Sequence record: PP496441.1
Reading direction: 5' to 3' (one strand)
DNA length: 64,000 nucleotides
A program made the translations under genes and the position numbers. Shown here in pieces: positions 44,724 through 54,100 of the stretch. The notes under the pieces were generated by a model. That model was not told where the DNA came from. It worked only from the letters and a program-made list of their open reading frames with translations, and did not search any database. Each line of letters begins with the position of its first letter. Positions within the stretch are counted from its first letter, which is position 1.

Positions 44724-47700
44724 TTAGAAGGATGAATTGTTGACCATCATCACCATAATGTCATCGATGTTCTTGGCCGCTTTGGTCGTACCATTACCAG
44801 AGTTGCTGCCCCCACCACCGGATTGAACCACTTGTGGTGCAGGTTGCTCTTTAACCGCATTGGTGGTACGGTCCTGTGTCTGAATGAGTGCTGCCGTCTG
44901 TGCAGTCTGCAACTGCGACTTGCTCTCATTGAGATTGCTGCGTGCGGAACCAACGTCCTGCAGGTTGCTGTTGGCTGCACTCAGGGACTTGAACTCACCT
45001 GTGACAAGGGGTGCCGAAGATTCTACTGGCTTGATCATCGACAGGCGTTGTGCTGGTTCGGTCAGGACACCTTTGCTAACCTGGGGGTCCAGCATCACTG
45101 CCGGATCGGTAGGCTTGCTCTGGGTGATAGGAACCGGACCCGTAATGCCTTTGGTTGCCGACATTGGCTGATTAGCCGCAGGCGTGGACACAGTGGTGGC
45201 TGGAAGCGGAGTAATGCCTGGAATGAATGGCGTGGTAGGTGCAGCGTCGCCTTTAACCGGTACGTCGGTAGCCGGGCCAGCCTTGCCGATAGCCAGTGGC
45301 GCTATTACCTTGCCGTTGGTATCCACCTTTGGTACGGTCATGGACGTACTGATCGCAGCATCCACCTTGTTCTTCATATCCTTGCTGTACTTCTGGTTGT
45401 TCTCCGTACCATTCCAGGCGTCAAGCATTTCGATGTCGGAGATCTGACCTTGGTAGCCTTCCTGACGGAACACTGCCTTGGCAATCGCCATCATCGTCGG
45501 CTGGTCGTTAGGATCCAGCTTCTGGTTTGGATCGATACCGGTTTCCTTCGAGACGGCCGTGACATAGCCACTGGTATCGTTCTCGTTCGGCGGTGTCAGC
45601 TTGTTGACCAACTGCTTCAAGGTCATGCCTTCCGCAGACACGTGCTTGCGCGCCAGTTTGAACCATGCCCTAGCACCGTGCACGACAGTATCGAACTTCT
45701 CGAAGCCACCTTCCTGACCGACTTCACCTACCCACTGGTTCTTGTCGCTGGCCCGGATGTTACCTGGGTTGAAGTTCCGGGTTGCCAGTGTGGCTTGTCC
45801 TTTGAGTGGCCCAGAACCGGAACCCTGATACGATACGCTCTGATCCAGCGTACCCGGCTGCGGCAGAACAGGAATGGCTTGTCCCTTGATGTTCGGCGAT
45901 GCGCTGAAGTCTTCAGCGGGGCTGGATACGGACTGTTCTTTGTCGAACCAGTTCATCGGGTTGATGCGGGTTGCCAGATCCTTGGCTTTCTGCACCATAT
46001 CTGCAATACGGTTCGGGTTGCTGAAGAAGTCGATGGCCGCACCGATGGCGATACCCGTCGGGCCAAAGATTGCACCCTTTAGTCCACCCTCACCAAGGTA
46101 ATCCTTAGCGGTGTCCAGCATGTTCGTGCCGAGCTTGGTCACAGAGTCCAGTGTACCCGATGCTAGATCCTGTACCGACTTCCAGCCTTCCGTACCCCAC
46201 GTTGTGACAGTATCCCAGCCTTTGCTTAGGCCGGTCATCATGTCATTAGTGAAACCTTCCATGTACTTCGATGCTTTGTCCAGGCCACCCGCTACAGTGT
46301 CGGTGACGAACTTGGATGCAGGTCCCAGTACATTGGTAACCTTGTCCAGTCCCGCATAGATGTCTTTGGTGTCGATCAAGCCGAACGACAACCCCGAGGC
46401 AATAGAGGACAGTGCCGCTTGAGACTTCTGACCGAACGTGGCTTCTTGACCCGGCTTCAACCCGGCGATGTCTGAGGCGTTATTCCAACCGTCGAACCCA
46501 TCGTAGGCCGCCATCGCAGCGATACCGATAGGACCTAAGAGTTTGCTGGCGCCGGAAAGCAGCCCTCGACCCGCCAGCCGTGCTACCTTACCCCCAGCTT
46601 TGGCTAAACCCACGCCTCGGCTGGCAAGCTTACCCGCACGCGTGGCTGGCCTTGGCCGGGCCGACGGGACGTGGGGCTCACCAGCAGATGGACCAGTTGG
46701 ATGCGGCGTAGAAGAGTTACGAGGACGAACCGATCCGGTGGCTGTATCCAGAACCGCGTCAATGTTGTCATCTGTTTGGTCACGACCACGACGCAGGCCA
46801 ACCAGACTGCCAATAGCCCCGGCACCAGCACCTACAAACGCTGCCATCTTGCCGACGCGACCGGTAGCGAAGCGGCCAACACCTTTGGCAGCACGCCCCA
46901 GACGACTGCCACCCCGAGCAGCTCCTTCCGCTGTACCCCTTGCAGCTCCTTTGCGCGCAGCACGGCCTGTGAGGATAGCCGAGCCAGCGGCACCCAGACC
47001 ACCCACGATACCGTCGGACAATCCTAGAGCAGCGTCGAAGTTACCCAAGCCTAGAGCATTGAGCAAGCCAGAGATTGCGGTGGACGCTACGCCTTTACCA
47101 GCAGCAACGATGCCGGGGTTGCGAACGAAGCGATCACTCAGCTTGTTCTTTTGCAGCCCAGACTCTACGTCGCCGTGATCCAGCAACGACTCATCGAACT
47201 TCTCGTTCAACTCTTTCAGGTTGAATACGATCTTTTCGTCAGTAGTGTCAGACTGAACTTTCTGCAAGATGTTGGCAACTTTCTTGCTGGTGTGAGCATT
47301 CAGCTTACCGTCTGCCCGAAACGCTTTCTGCATAGCCACCACTTGCGCAGCGAATTGCGGAATGGCAGACAGCTGTTTGATCACACCTTGCATCGCATCC
47401 TTGCGTTCATTCAGGCTACCGTTCTTCAACGTCTTGATAGCACCCGCGATGTCCGCGTCTACTGACTGGCGTTGGAATGCAACCTTCTCATATCCCTTGA
47501 GCATGGTTGCAATCTGAGCGTATTCCTTCTCCGAGATGTCGCTGTTATGCGACAGGAGCTTCTCGATGTCCTTTAACTGCGGGTTCTCTTTCAGCTGGCG
47601 CGACTGGCGCAGGAAGCCAACGGTCTCCCCCGCAATGGTGCTCCGGTAGTTCTTACCCAGTCGGCGGTCCGTGATACGATCAGTCATCTGGCTGACGACT

Positions 47701-48239
47701 TTGTTGCTGTCTACGTGCGCAATCGGAGCAACCGCTTTGAGATCGATAGCTACCGCTTTGGCAGACTCGACAACGGCGTGTGCCTGATCAGAGTCAACCG
47801 ACTTCCGGTTCAACACATCTTCGTACAGCTTGCGCTCGGGACCGGACCGGAACTTCTGAAGACGCTCCAGTGCATCCATCTGGTCCTGAATGGTCTTTTG
47901 CAGGGACTCATCACCCTGCTTCTGAGCCTTCTTCATCTGCTTCATCAGTTCCAGCTGGGTCTTGCTGTAATCCAGCAGATCCGACTGGTTGCTCACCGAG
48001 TCCAGAATGGTGGTCAACTGATCGTGTAAACCTTTACCCATGAGGAAGGTGGGCACCATGGATTTCATGGCACGCTTGAGCACGTCAACGCCTTCCGTGA
48101 AAGCACTAGAGGCCAATGCGTTTGACCGCTCGGCCATCTTGAGTTGCTTTTCACTCATCTTGTCCCGATCAATGGAACTCGGGTCGATGTTGTTACTCTT
48201 GAGGATGTCTAGGTACGTTTCATTGATTAGGGTCGGCAT
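44724..48239 (-). CDS. Tape measure/baseplate-hub protein with a lysozyme-like domain
   Basis: 1171 aa, helical and G/A-rich; 'RNFNPGNIR...F..F.T...G.RA...PPNENDT..YV..V...G' domain; lies downstream of the chaperone gene. Confidence 0.8.
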   Translation of the reverse strand: MPTLINETYLDILKSNNIDPSSIDRDKMSEKQLKMAERSNALASSAFTEGVDVLKRAMKSMVPTFLMGKGLHDQLTTILDSVSNQSDLLDYSKTQLELMKQMKKAQKQGDESLQKTIQDQMDALERLQKFRSGPERKLYEDVLNRKSVDSDQAHAVVESAKAVAIDLKAVAPIAHVDSNKVVSQMTDRITDRRLGKNYRSTIAGETVGFLRQSRQLKENPQLKDIEKLLSHNSDISEKEYAQIATMLKGYEKVAFQRQSVDADIAGAIKTLKNGSLNERKDAMQGVIKQLSAIPQFAAQVVAMQKAFRADGKLNAHTSKKVANILQKVQSDTTDEKIVFNLKELNEKFDESLLDHGDVESGLQKNKLSDRFVRNPGIVAAGKGVASTAISGLLNALGLGNFDAALGLSDGIVGGLGAAGSAILTGRAARKGAARGTAEGAARGGSRLGRAAKGVGRFATGRVGKMAAFVGAGAGAIGSLVGLRRGRDQTDDNIDAVLDTATGSVRPRNSSTPHPTGPSAGEPHVPSARPRPATRAGKLASRGVGLAKAGGKVARLAGRGLLSGASKLLGPIGIAAMAAYDGFDGWNNASDIAGLKPGQEATFGQKSQAALSSIASGLSFGLIDTKDIYAGLDKVTNVLGPASKFVTDTVAGGLDKASKYMEGFTNDMMTGLSKGWDTVTTWGTEGWKSVQDLASGTLDSVTKLGTNMLDTAKDYLGEGGLKGAIFGPTGIAIGAAIDFFSNPNRIADMVQKAKDLATRINPMNWFDKEQSVSSPAEDFSASPNIKGQAIPVLPQPGTLDQSVSYQGSGSGPLKGQATLATRNFNPGNIRASDKNQWVGEVGQEGGFEKFDTVVHGARAWFKLARKHVSAEGMTLKQLVNKLTPPNENDTSGYVTAVSKETGIDPNQKLDPNDQPTMMAIAKAVFRQEGYQGQISDIEMLDAWNGTENNQKYSKDMKNKVDAAISTSMTVPKVDTNGKVIAPLAIGKAGPATDVPVKGDAAPTTPFIPGITPLPATTVSTPAANQPMSATKGITGPVPITQSKPTDPAVMLDPQVSKGVLTEPAQRLSMIKPVESSAPLVTGEFKSLSAANSNLQDVGSARSNLNESKSQLQTAQTAALIQTQDRTTNAVKEQPAPQVVQSGGGGSNSGNGTTKAAKNIDDIMVMMVNNSSF

Positions 48240-48249
48240 GGCCTGTTAC

Positions 48250-48451
48250 CTATTTCCGCTGGATCAAACTGGAGAGCATCTTCAACATGTTAGCGTTGCG
48301 GTCAGCCTCCTCTTTGAGACGGATCGTTAACAGGTTGTTCAGCTTCACCAGTCTGTCGTACGGCATAAATTGAATGTGGAAGGCATCAACTATCCCTTCC
48401 GCGGCCAAATCGCAAGCCATTTTTAGAAGTAGGCGTGGCTCCACGAAAGGG
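48250..48451 (-). CDS. +1-frame C-terminal extension of the tail assembly chaperone (GT-like segment)
   Basis: Overlapping frame without a convincing RBS or ATG, entered at CCC_TTT_CGT (48443-48451). Confidence 0.6.
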
Positions 48452-49393
48452 TGTGACAAGCATCGAGTCCTCCTTCACCTCGACACGAACATTTTTGATG
48501 ACCCGTTCAATGAACTGCGGATAGAAGTTCTTTTGACCTTCCTCTTTCTCCGCTTCCATTTTTACCCAATCTTCGTTGAGCACTTTCTCTTTGACCGGGA
48601 CGATCAAGTCCGAGATACCGTGGTAGAGCATGGTATCGATGGCCGTCAGCATCATCATCCGCTCGCCTGTGGCGTCGGCCACCAGCTTCAACATGGGCTC
48701 AAGGTCCTGATCACTGCCCAAAGCCAACCATGCGTGAGCCTGATTGATATCCTTGCGAACTTCTTCCGGGACATTGAGGTAGGCCAGATGCTGGCGCAGA
48801 GTGACCGGCATGAACTCGATGCTCTGCATGCGACCACTGATCTCAGTATCGAGAATGATCGGCAACTCTACGGTGAGTTCATCGAATTCCAGCTGAGATG
48901 CACGCATGATGTGGTGACATTCTACCTCATCCACCACGAAGGACAGCTGCACCTCTTCCGTACCCATGGTGGAGAACTTGCGGTACATCGCGATGCAGAT
49001 GAAGTCACCCATAGTCAGGTCGAGTGGATCGATCCCGGTGGCAGTAATGCCGTCGAGAATGTGCATGAACCGCTCAATCTCGGAGAACCGCCCTTCACTG
49101 ACCGTTTCAATCTCGGCAAACGTGTAGGGACGGTAAGACACCGTGACGCCCGCCGGGTAGGGGCGGAACTGGCTCGGCAGTTCCTTCATCTGGAACCACG
49201 GCACGTCCACTTCTTCAGTGGTGAGCTTCTGAGGGGGCAGTGGCTCGGGTGCTGCTTGCATCATGGAGGCCAAGCTTACTGCATCACCATCCACGGAGTC
49301 TTGATCAACGTCGCCCCAATCAAGGCTTTCCTTCTTAGGGTCGGGCGTATCCGCCTGCCGTTGGTGTGGGGGAATGGGGTTCTGGGTGAACAT
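48386..49393 (-). CDS. Tail assembly chaperone/baseplate hub assembly protein (G-like)
   Basis: 'LPSQFRPY...RPYT..EI...', 'LT.GDF..IA.YR'; immediately upstream of the tape measure gene. Confidence 0.7.
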   Translation of the reverse strand: MFTQNPIPPHQRQADTPDPKKESLDWGDVDQDSVDGDAVSLASMMQAAPEPLPPQKLTTEEVDVPWFQMKELPSQFRPYPAGVTVSYRPYTFAEIETVSEGRFSEIERFMHILDGITATGIDPLDLTMGDFICIAMYRKFSTMGTEEVQLSFVVDEVECHHIMRASQLEFDELTVELPIILDTEISGRMQSIEFMPVTLRQHLAYLNVPEEVRKDINQAHAWLALGSDQDLEPMLKLVADATGERMMMLTAIDTMLYHGISDLIVPVKEKVLNEDWVKMEAEKEEGQKNFYPQFIERVIKNVRVEVKEDSMLVTPFRGATPTSKNGLRFGRGRDS

Positions 49394-49420
49394 TATGGTG
49401 ACCTCATTTATAGGTAGGGT

Positions 49421-50503
49421 TTAGCTGAAGAACTGACCGATACTCGTCTTGGCTGACTTGTAGCCACTGGCTACCTGGTTTGCACCGCTGTTGATAGCGT
49501 TGTTCGCGGACTGCGAGATTCCACTGGTGGCGCTGTCGAACTTGCTGGAGACGGCACCGATGGCGCTGGTGTAGGCATTGCTGACATCGTTCTGCAACGT
49601 AGTCAAGCCGGTGGAGATGCGGTCGATGGCGCTGTTGGCCGTGCTACTCAGCCCCGCAGCACTCTTGAGCAAGCTGGTCGCCGTGCCGGATGGATCCAGG
49701 TCGCTACGGGTTGCACCCGGCGAACCTATCACCTCAAGCTTGAGCACATACTGGCTCAGGTCACCCTGCGACTTGCCGGAGAAAGTTAGCGTACCCGACG
49801 GAACTACCTTGTACGGACGAATCTCCACGGTGTCCTTTTGCCGGGACATCTTCTTGATGTACAGCATCTTGTACGCATCACCCATAGGCACGATGCGACC
49901 ACCTGATCCGCCGATGTTCTGGTTCATCCACGTGGTGAAGTAGTTGAACAGACTATTGACATGATCGTCCAAGAAGACAATCTGGATCGACATGGCATGC
50001 GTACCTTCCATGATGGTAATCGTGGTCGGCCCCATCTGGAAGTCACGGGTGGTTACGTGCGCAGCGTCTTCCTCGATATCAATGACTGGAAGCCAAGACT
50101 GGAAGTACGAGGGCAGCGCATTAGCGTCGGCCAACTTGATGTCCCAGAGCTGATCAGTGTTCCACTCCACCTGTTGCAAGTCCAGTACGTTCTGCAAGTA
50201 GCCGGAGTGTGCCGGGATAGGAGGTGACGCATTGGCGTAGTTGCCGATGCTGCCTTGGAACAGTCCGAGGGACGTAAGCCCGCTCTTGATGGCTCCCAGT
50301 GAAAGGGAGTTGTCACCTGTGAGTCGATACAACTTGTCGTTGATCTTTTGTTCAACGTAGCCACCCAGCCGACTCTGAATGGTGTTGCCAATTATGCCTG
50401 TTACCGCGCCAAGTGATCCACTCTTGCGATAGGTACTGATTGCCTCGATACCCGTAGTGAATGCCCCCAGCGCGCTATTGGTCTTTAGACTGAAAAGGCC
50501 CAT
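49421..50503 (-). CDS. Tail tube-like/baseplate protein
   Basis: GAGGA RBS before ATG 50503; tube-like core 'W...LWDIK...I.F.DD....F..W...'; flanking low-complexity Ser/Ala/Thr segments. Confidence 0.55.
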   Translation of the reverse strand: MGLFSLKTNSALGAFTTGIEAISTYRKSGSLGAVTGIIGNTIQSRLGGYVEQKINDKLYRLTGDNSLSLGAIKSGLTSLGLFQGSIGNYANASPPIPAHSGYLQNVLDLQQVEWNTDQLWDIKLADANALPSYFQSWLPVIDIEEDAAHVTTRDFQMGPTTITIMEGTHAMSIQIVFLDDHVNSLFNYFTTWMNQNIGGSGGRIVPMGDAYKMLYIKKMSRQKDTVEIRPYKVVPSGTLTFSGKSQGDLSQYVLKLEVIGSPGATRSDLDPSGTATSLLKSAAGLSSTANSAIDRISTGLTTLQNDVSNAYTSAIGAVSSKFDSATSGISQSANNAINSGANQVASGYKSAKTSIGQFFS

Positions 50504-50534
50504 ACCGATATCCTCTTGTATGTAGCGGCGGCGC

Positions 50535-50548
50535 ATACACGTAATTAG
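50535..50548 (-). promoter_or_regulatory. Candidate late promoter CTAATT-N4-GYAT
   Basis: CTAATTACGTGTAT lies between a terminator and the start of the tail gene cluster. Confidence 0.5.
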
Positions 50549-50575
50549 CGTAAGGGCTTAGTTGCCACACAGACG

Positions 50576-50611
50576 AAAAAAGCCCGCGCAGCTTGTGGGC
50601 CGGGCGGGCTT
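50576..50611 (-). terminator. Intrinsic terminator
   Basis: AAGCCCGC...GCGGGCTT stem followed by a T tract on the minus strand. Confidence 0.78.
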
Positions 50612-50632
50612 GAGGTGATGCAAGTACTTGGT

Positions 50633-51124
50633 CTAGCGTTTGCTGAGCAGCCCCATGATTGCCAGTAGTCGATCCTTCGTCGTGGCTTCGCCTGATGCGA
50701 TTGGGGGCGTTTCCGGGGTTTCCTCCACCGCTGATACGTCCAGCGGGGTGATCACGTCGCCTGCGGCTTCCTGCGTCGGCTCCGGTACATCGGCCACGGC
50801 CAGCGCATCGACCCACGTTGAATCTGCGGGACCACGTTGCACGTCCCGGCCAGTCAGATCCACATTGGTTGCGACGATGAGTTGATCGTCTTGGGCGTCA
50901 ACTGCCCCGCCCTTCTTCATGGACAGCACCGAAATGATCTCCTTGACCAGCAGTACGTCATTCAGGTTGATTTGCTTGGGGTAGCGTTGCACACTCTTAC
51001 TTCTCATGTAGGCCACGTAAGCGCGAGTGGTAGGTGCATCCCACACACCAGGTTCATAATCGTCGTGCAGCAGACCACGGCGTATGAACGCCCGCTGCAC
51101 CTTGGCTAGCAAGGCGGTATCCAT
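50633..51124 (-). CDS. Protein with an N-terminal peptidoglycan-binding-like domain
   Basis: 'VQRAFIRRG......GVWDAPTTRAYVAY' resembles PG_binding_1. Confidence 0.55.
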   Translation of the reverse strand: MDTALLAKVQRAFIRRGLLHDDYEPGVWDAPTTRAYVAYMRSKSVQRYPKQINLNDVLLVKEIISVLSMKKGGAVDAQDDQLIVATNVDLTGRDVQRGPADSTWVDALAVADVPEPTQEAAGDVITPLDVSAVEETPETPPIASGEATTKDRLLAIMGLLSKR

Positions 51125-51145
51125 TCAACAGTTCCTCTTGGTAGG

Positions 51146-51175
51146 CAGGGTGGATGGGAATTCCCATCCACCCTG
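51146..51175. repeat. Perfect 30-bp palindrome with no spacer
   Basis: CAGGGTGGATGGGAA|TTCCCATCCACCCTG. Confidence 0.95.
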
Positions 51176-51184
51176 TATCACGTG

Positions 51185-54100
51185 TTACGCCACCTCACGC
51201 AGCTTCCACTTGGTTTCGGCCTTGACTGCTTTCGCCAGTGCCCGACCGGCAGCAGCCTCGCTGATCTTGCCGAGGTCTGTGTTGCCGTCCTGCGTTTCGA
51301 GTACGTAGCCAGCCTTGGTCTTGACCAGTGCAATGAAGCGCGTGCCAGACTTGGTTTGGAAGCGACGGATCGTCTTGCCGGTTACTTCGGTGTTCACCTT
51401 GGCAGCGGGTGTACGCTTCTTCGTGCGCAGCGTCAGCGACTTGATCGTTTCCATGACCTCGTCGTAGTTGCCCACACTTACACCTGAACGCACGATGGCG
51501 TCCAGTTCTGCCTTGGCTTCCGCCTTGCTGTTCGACAGGATGAACCACTCGCTGTCCGAAGACTCCCACTTGACCGTAGGAACGATAACCTTGCGACGCA
51601 CCTGTACAGCCGATGGTTGCTTAGTCATGTCTACCAAGATCCAGCATTCACCTTCGTAGAACATCACGTATGGACGCAGTTCACCTTTCGGCACCGCGCG
51701 CTTGCGGTCCAGGTGGAAGTTGCGAACGTCGGTGTCGAGTGCAGCCTCGAAGTTCAGGAGTCGGCGCTTGCCTTGTGTGAACGCGGCTAGTGCGGATTCC
51801 AGATCTTTCAAGTAGCGCGGCTGAACCTCGAAGTTCTCTTTCAGCTTGTCGATGACGCTGGACAACGCCCGATAGGTCGGCACGATTGCATAAATGAACT
51901 TCCCGGTCTCGCGGAAGCCCAACTGCGTAGCCATCTTGTCCGTGACATCCGGGTCTTCGCGATCCAATGCCAGCTGGATCATGTTGTTCAACACACCTGG
52001 GTACACGTAGATCTCACCATCAAGATCACGGTTACGTTCCACCACGGCTTTCTTGACCGGGGCATCCGGGATCGGCGCGGGTGCGTCTTCCGGTTCCTCG
52101 GTGTCGTCTTCCTCCGGTTCCTCTACCACTGGATCGGATTCAGGCGTCGAGTACTGGGTGGCGCGTTCCGGCATGCCCACCATCTCTGCCAGTCGCTGGC
52201 GTACGGGCACCTTGTTCGGCTTGAGGATCACGAACACCGCCAGCTTGTTAACCGAGACCGTGCCGATTTCCTTGATCTTCACCTTGAGGGTGTTTTTCCC
52301 GGAGCTGATAACCTCTCCATCCCCGTACTCGGTGTGAACCTGCAAACCTTTCATGTCGGCTTCATCAGCCGTCAAGTCATTGTCTGCCAGCCAGTCGGAT
52401 ACCGGAATGATACCCAGCGCGTCTGTGAACGGCAGCTGCATGTTCGAGGTGTACGGCACCGTGATCAGCGCGGAGCCCGGCAGGTTACCCGCTGTCGGAA
52501 TCTCCTTGGCTTTTGTTGGGCCGTCGTACGTCTTGAGAAAGTCGGCGTATTCATCCCGGCGGATCTTGGTGTACTGCCCGTAAGCATCTACGTAGCTGAA
52601 CAGCGAACCCTGATCGTCTTCCGAACCGAACTTGTTGGCGTCCATGATCGAATCAAGAGTCATGCTGACCAGCGGCAGGTTAGGCAGCTTGTCGTAACGA
52701 GCGTCCGACGCCTGGAAGCGAACCATCGTCAAGAGCTTCGACATCATCCGTGCCGTCTTGGTCACGTCGATAGTGCCGTCGGCAATGATGCGGTCGAAGA
52801 AGATCTTGCTGCGTGCACCATACTTGTTCTTCGGGTCGGGGCGGTTGAGTCGCGACTGCCCTTGTTCGAATTCCCCCGGCGACCATACCGAGTCCGTCGA
52901 GATCAAGCGGTTGACGAACTGGAAGTTGTGGCCTGTGTTCAGGGATGTCTCAACCCCGATCAAGCCGATGATACTGTCATCCTTCTCGAACTTTGGCAGC
53001 AGCTTGTCCTTGTCTGCGGCGTAGTACAGGATAACCTTCTTCTGGAGGTCAGGTGGAAGCGATGCGTGCAATGCCTGAGCCGATGCCACATACGCACAGA
53101 AGATCAGCACCTTGCCGTTCGTTTTGTCGCGGCTGTGCTCATCGAACAACCGGATGATCTCTTTGGCTTTCGGGCTGATACGATCCGAGCCCTGCAATAC
53201 CTTGTCACCAACCTTATCGTGCGCCGGTGCCGAGATGAACATTTCCAGTCGCTGCAAGTACGGACGCAGCAGCATCTCGATGTTGGCGACGTTTTCCTCA
53301 CCTTCATCCGACGCTTTCAGTTTCTTCATCAGATCCGCATCGGCCATGATGGCTTCGACGGCATCATTCAGAATGTCCTGATAAACGGCCATCTGTTTCT
53401 TCGACAGCGACACCTTGTGGAACGTCTCAGTGGCCGCTGGCAACAATGCTGCCCACTCCCGCCGGGACACACGCACGTAGTCTGCTGCGCTGTTCATCTG
53501 GGTACGCACGTCACGCTCGGCGTTGTTCTTCCAGCTGAGCGGTTTCCCTTGGAACGTCTCGGCAGCGTACCGCTCGATGAAGTCCTTCTTGGAACCGAAC
53601 GTCGATGGCGACATGATCGAGAACTGACCTGCCGCATCCGTCAGTTGCCCGTGCACGTAGGTACCTGTGGTCTGACGGAGGTTATCCGACAGGGTGGCCT
53701 GCGCCCGTACCGAGGAAGATCGTGCACTGTCCAAGTTGGCCAGATACTGCGATTCGTCCATGGACAAGTAGATCCACTCGAAGCGGCGCATCAGCTCTGA
53801 GTTGTTCGACAGGATCAGATCGGTGTTGCCGTACTGAATGCTGTACTGCCCGTTCTTGGGGAAGTCGAAGTCACACAGAACCAACGTGTTGACCGGCGCG
53901 TTGTAGATCAAGTTGTACATGTAGTCGTGACCGTAACGGTTGATCACGTCTGTGGACAGCACAATCACGTTGACCGAACCTTGGGTCAAGTAAGTGATGT
54001 CCTCGATGTAGTTCTTGATCAGGTTCTTCGGGCACATCATCAGCGGACGCTTCTGCTGCTGGCCTTTCAGATCGCCACGCTCGTAATACTGACCGAGGGT

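Noticed and set aside
51146-51175. Protelomerase telomere-resolution site
   Set aside because: No protelomerase gene is in the window and the context is a lytic myovirus structural operon; it is kept only as an unexplained palindrome.
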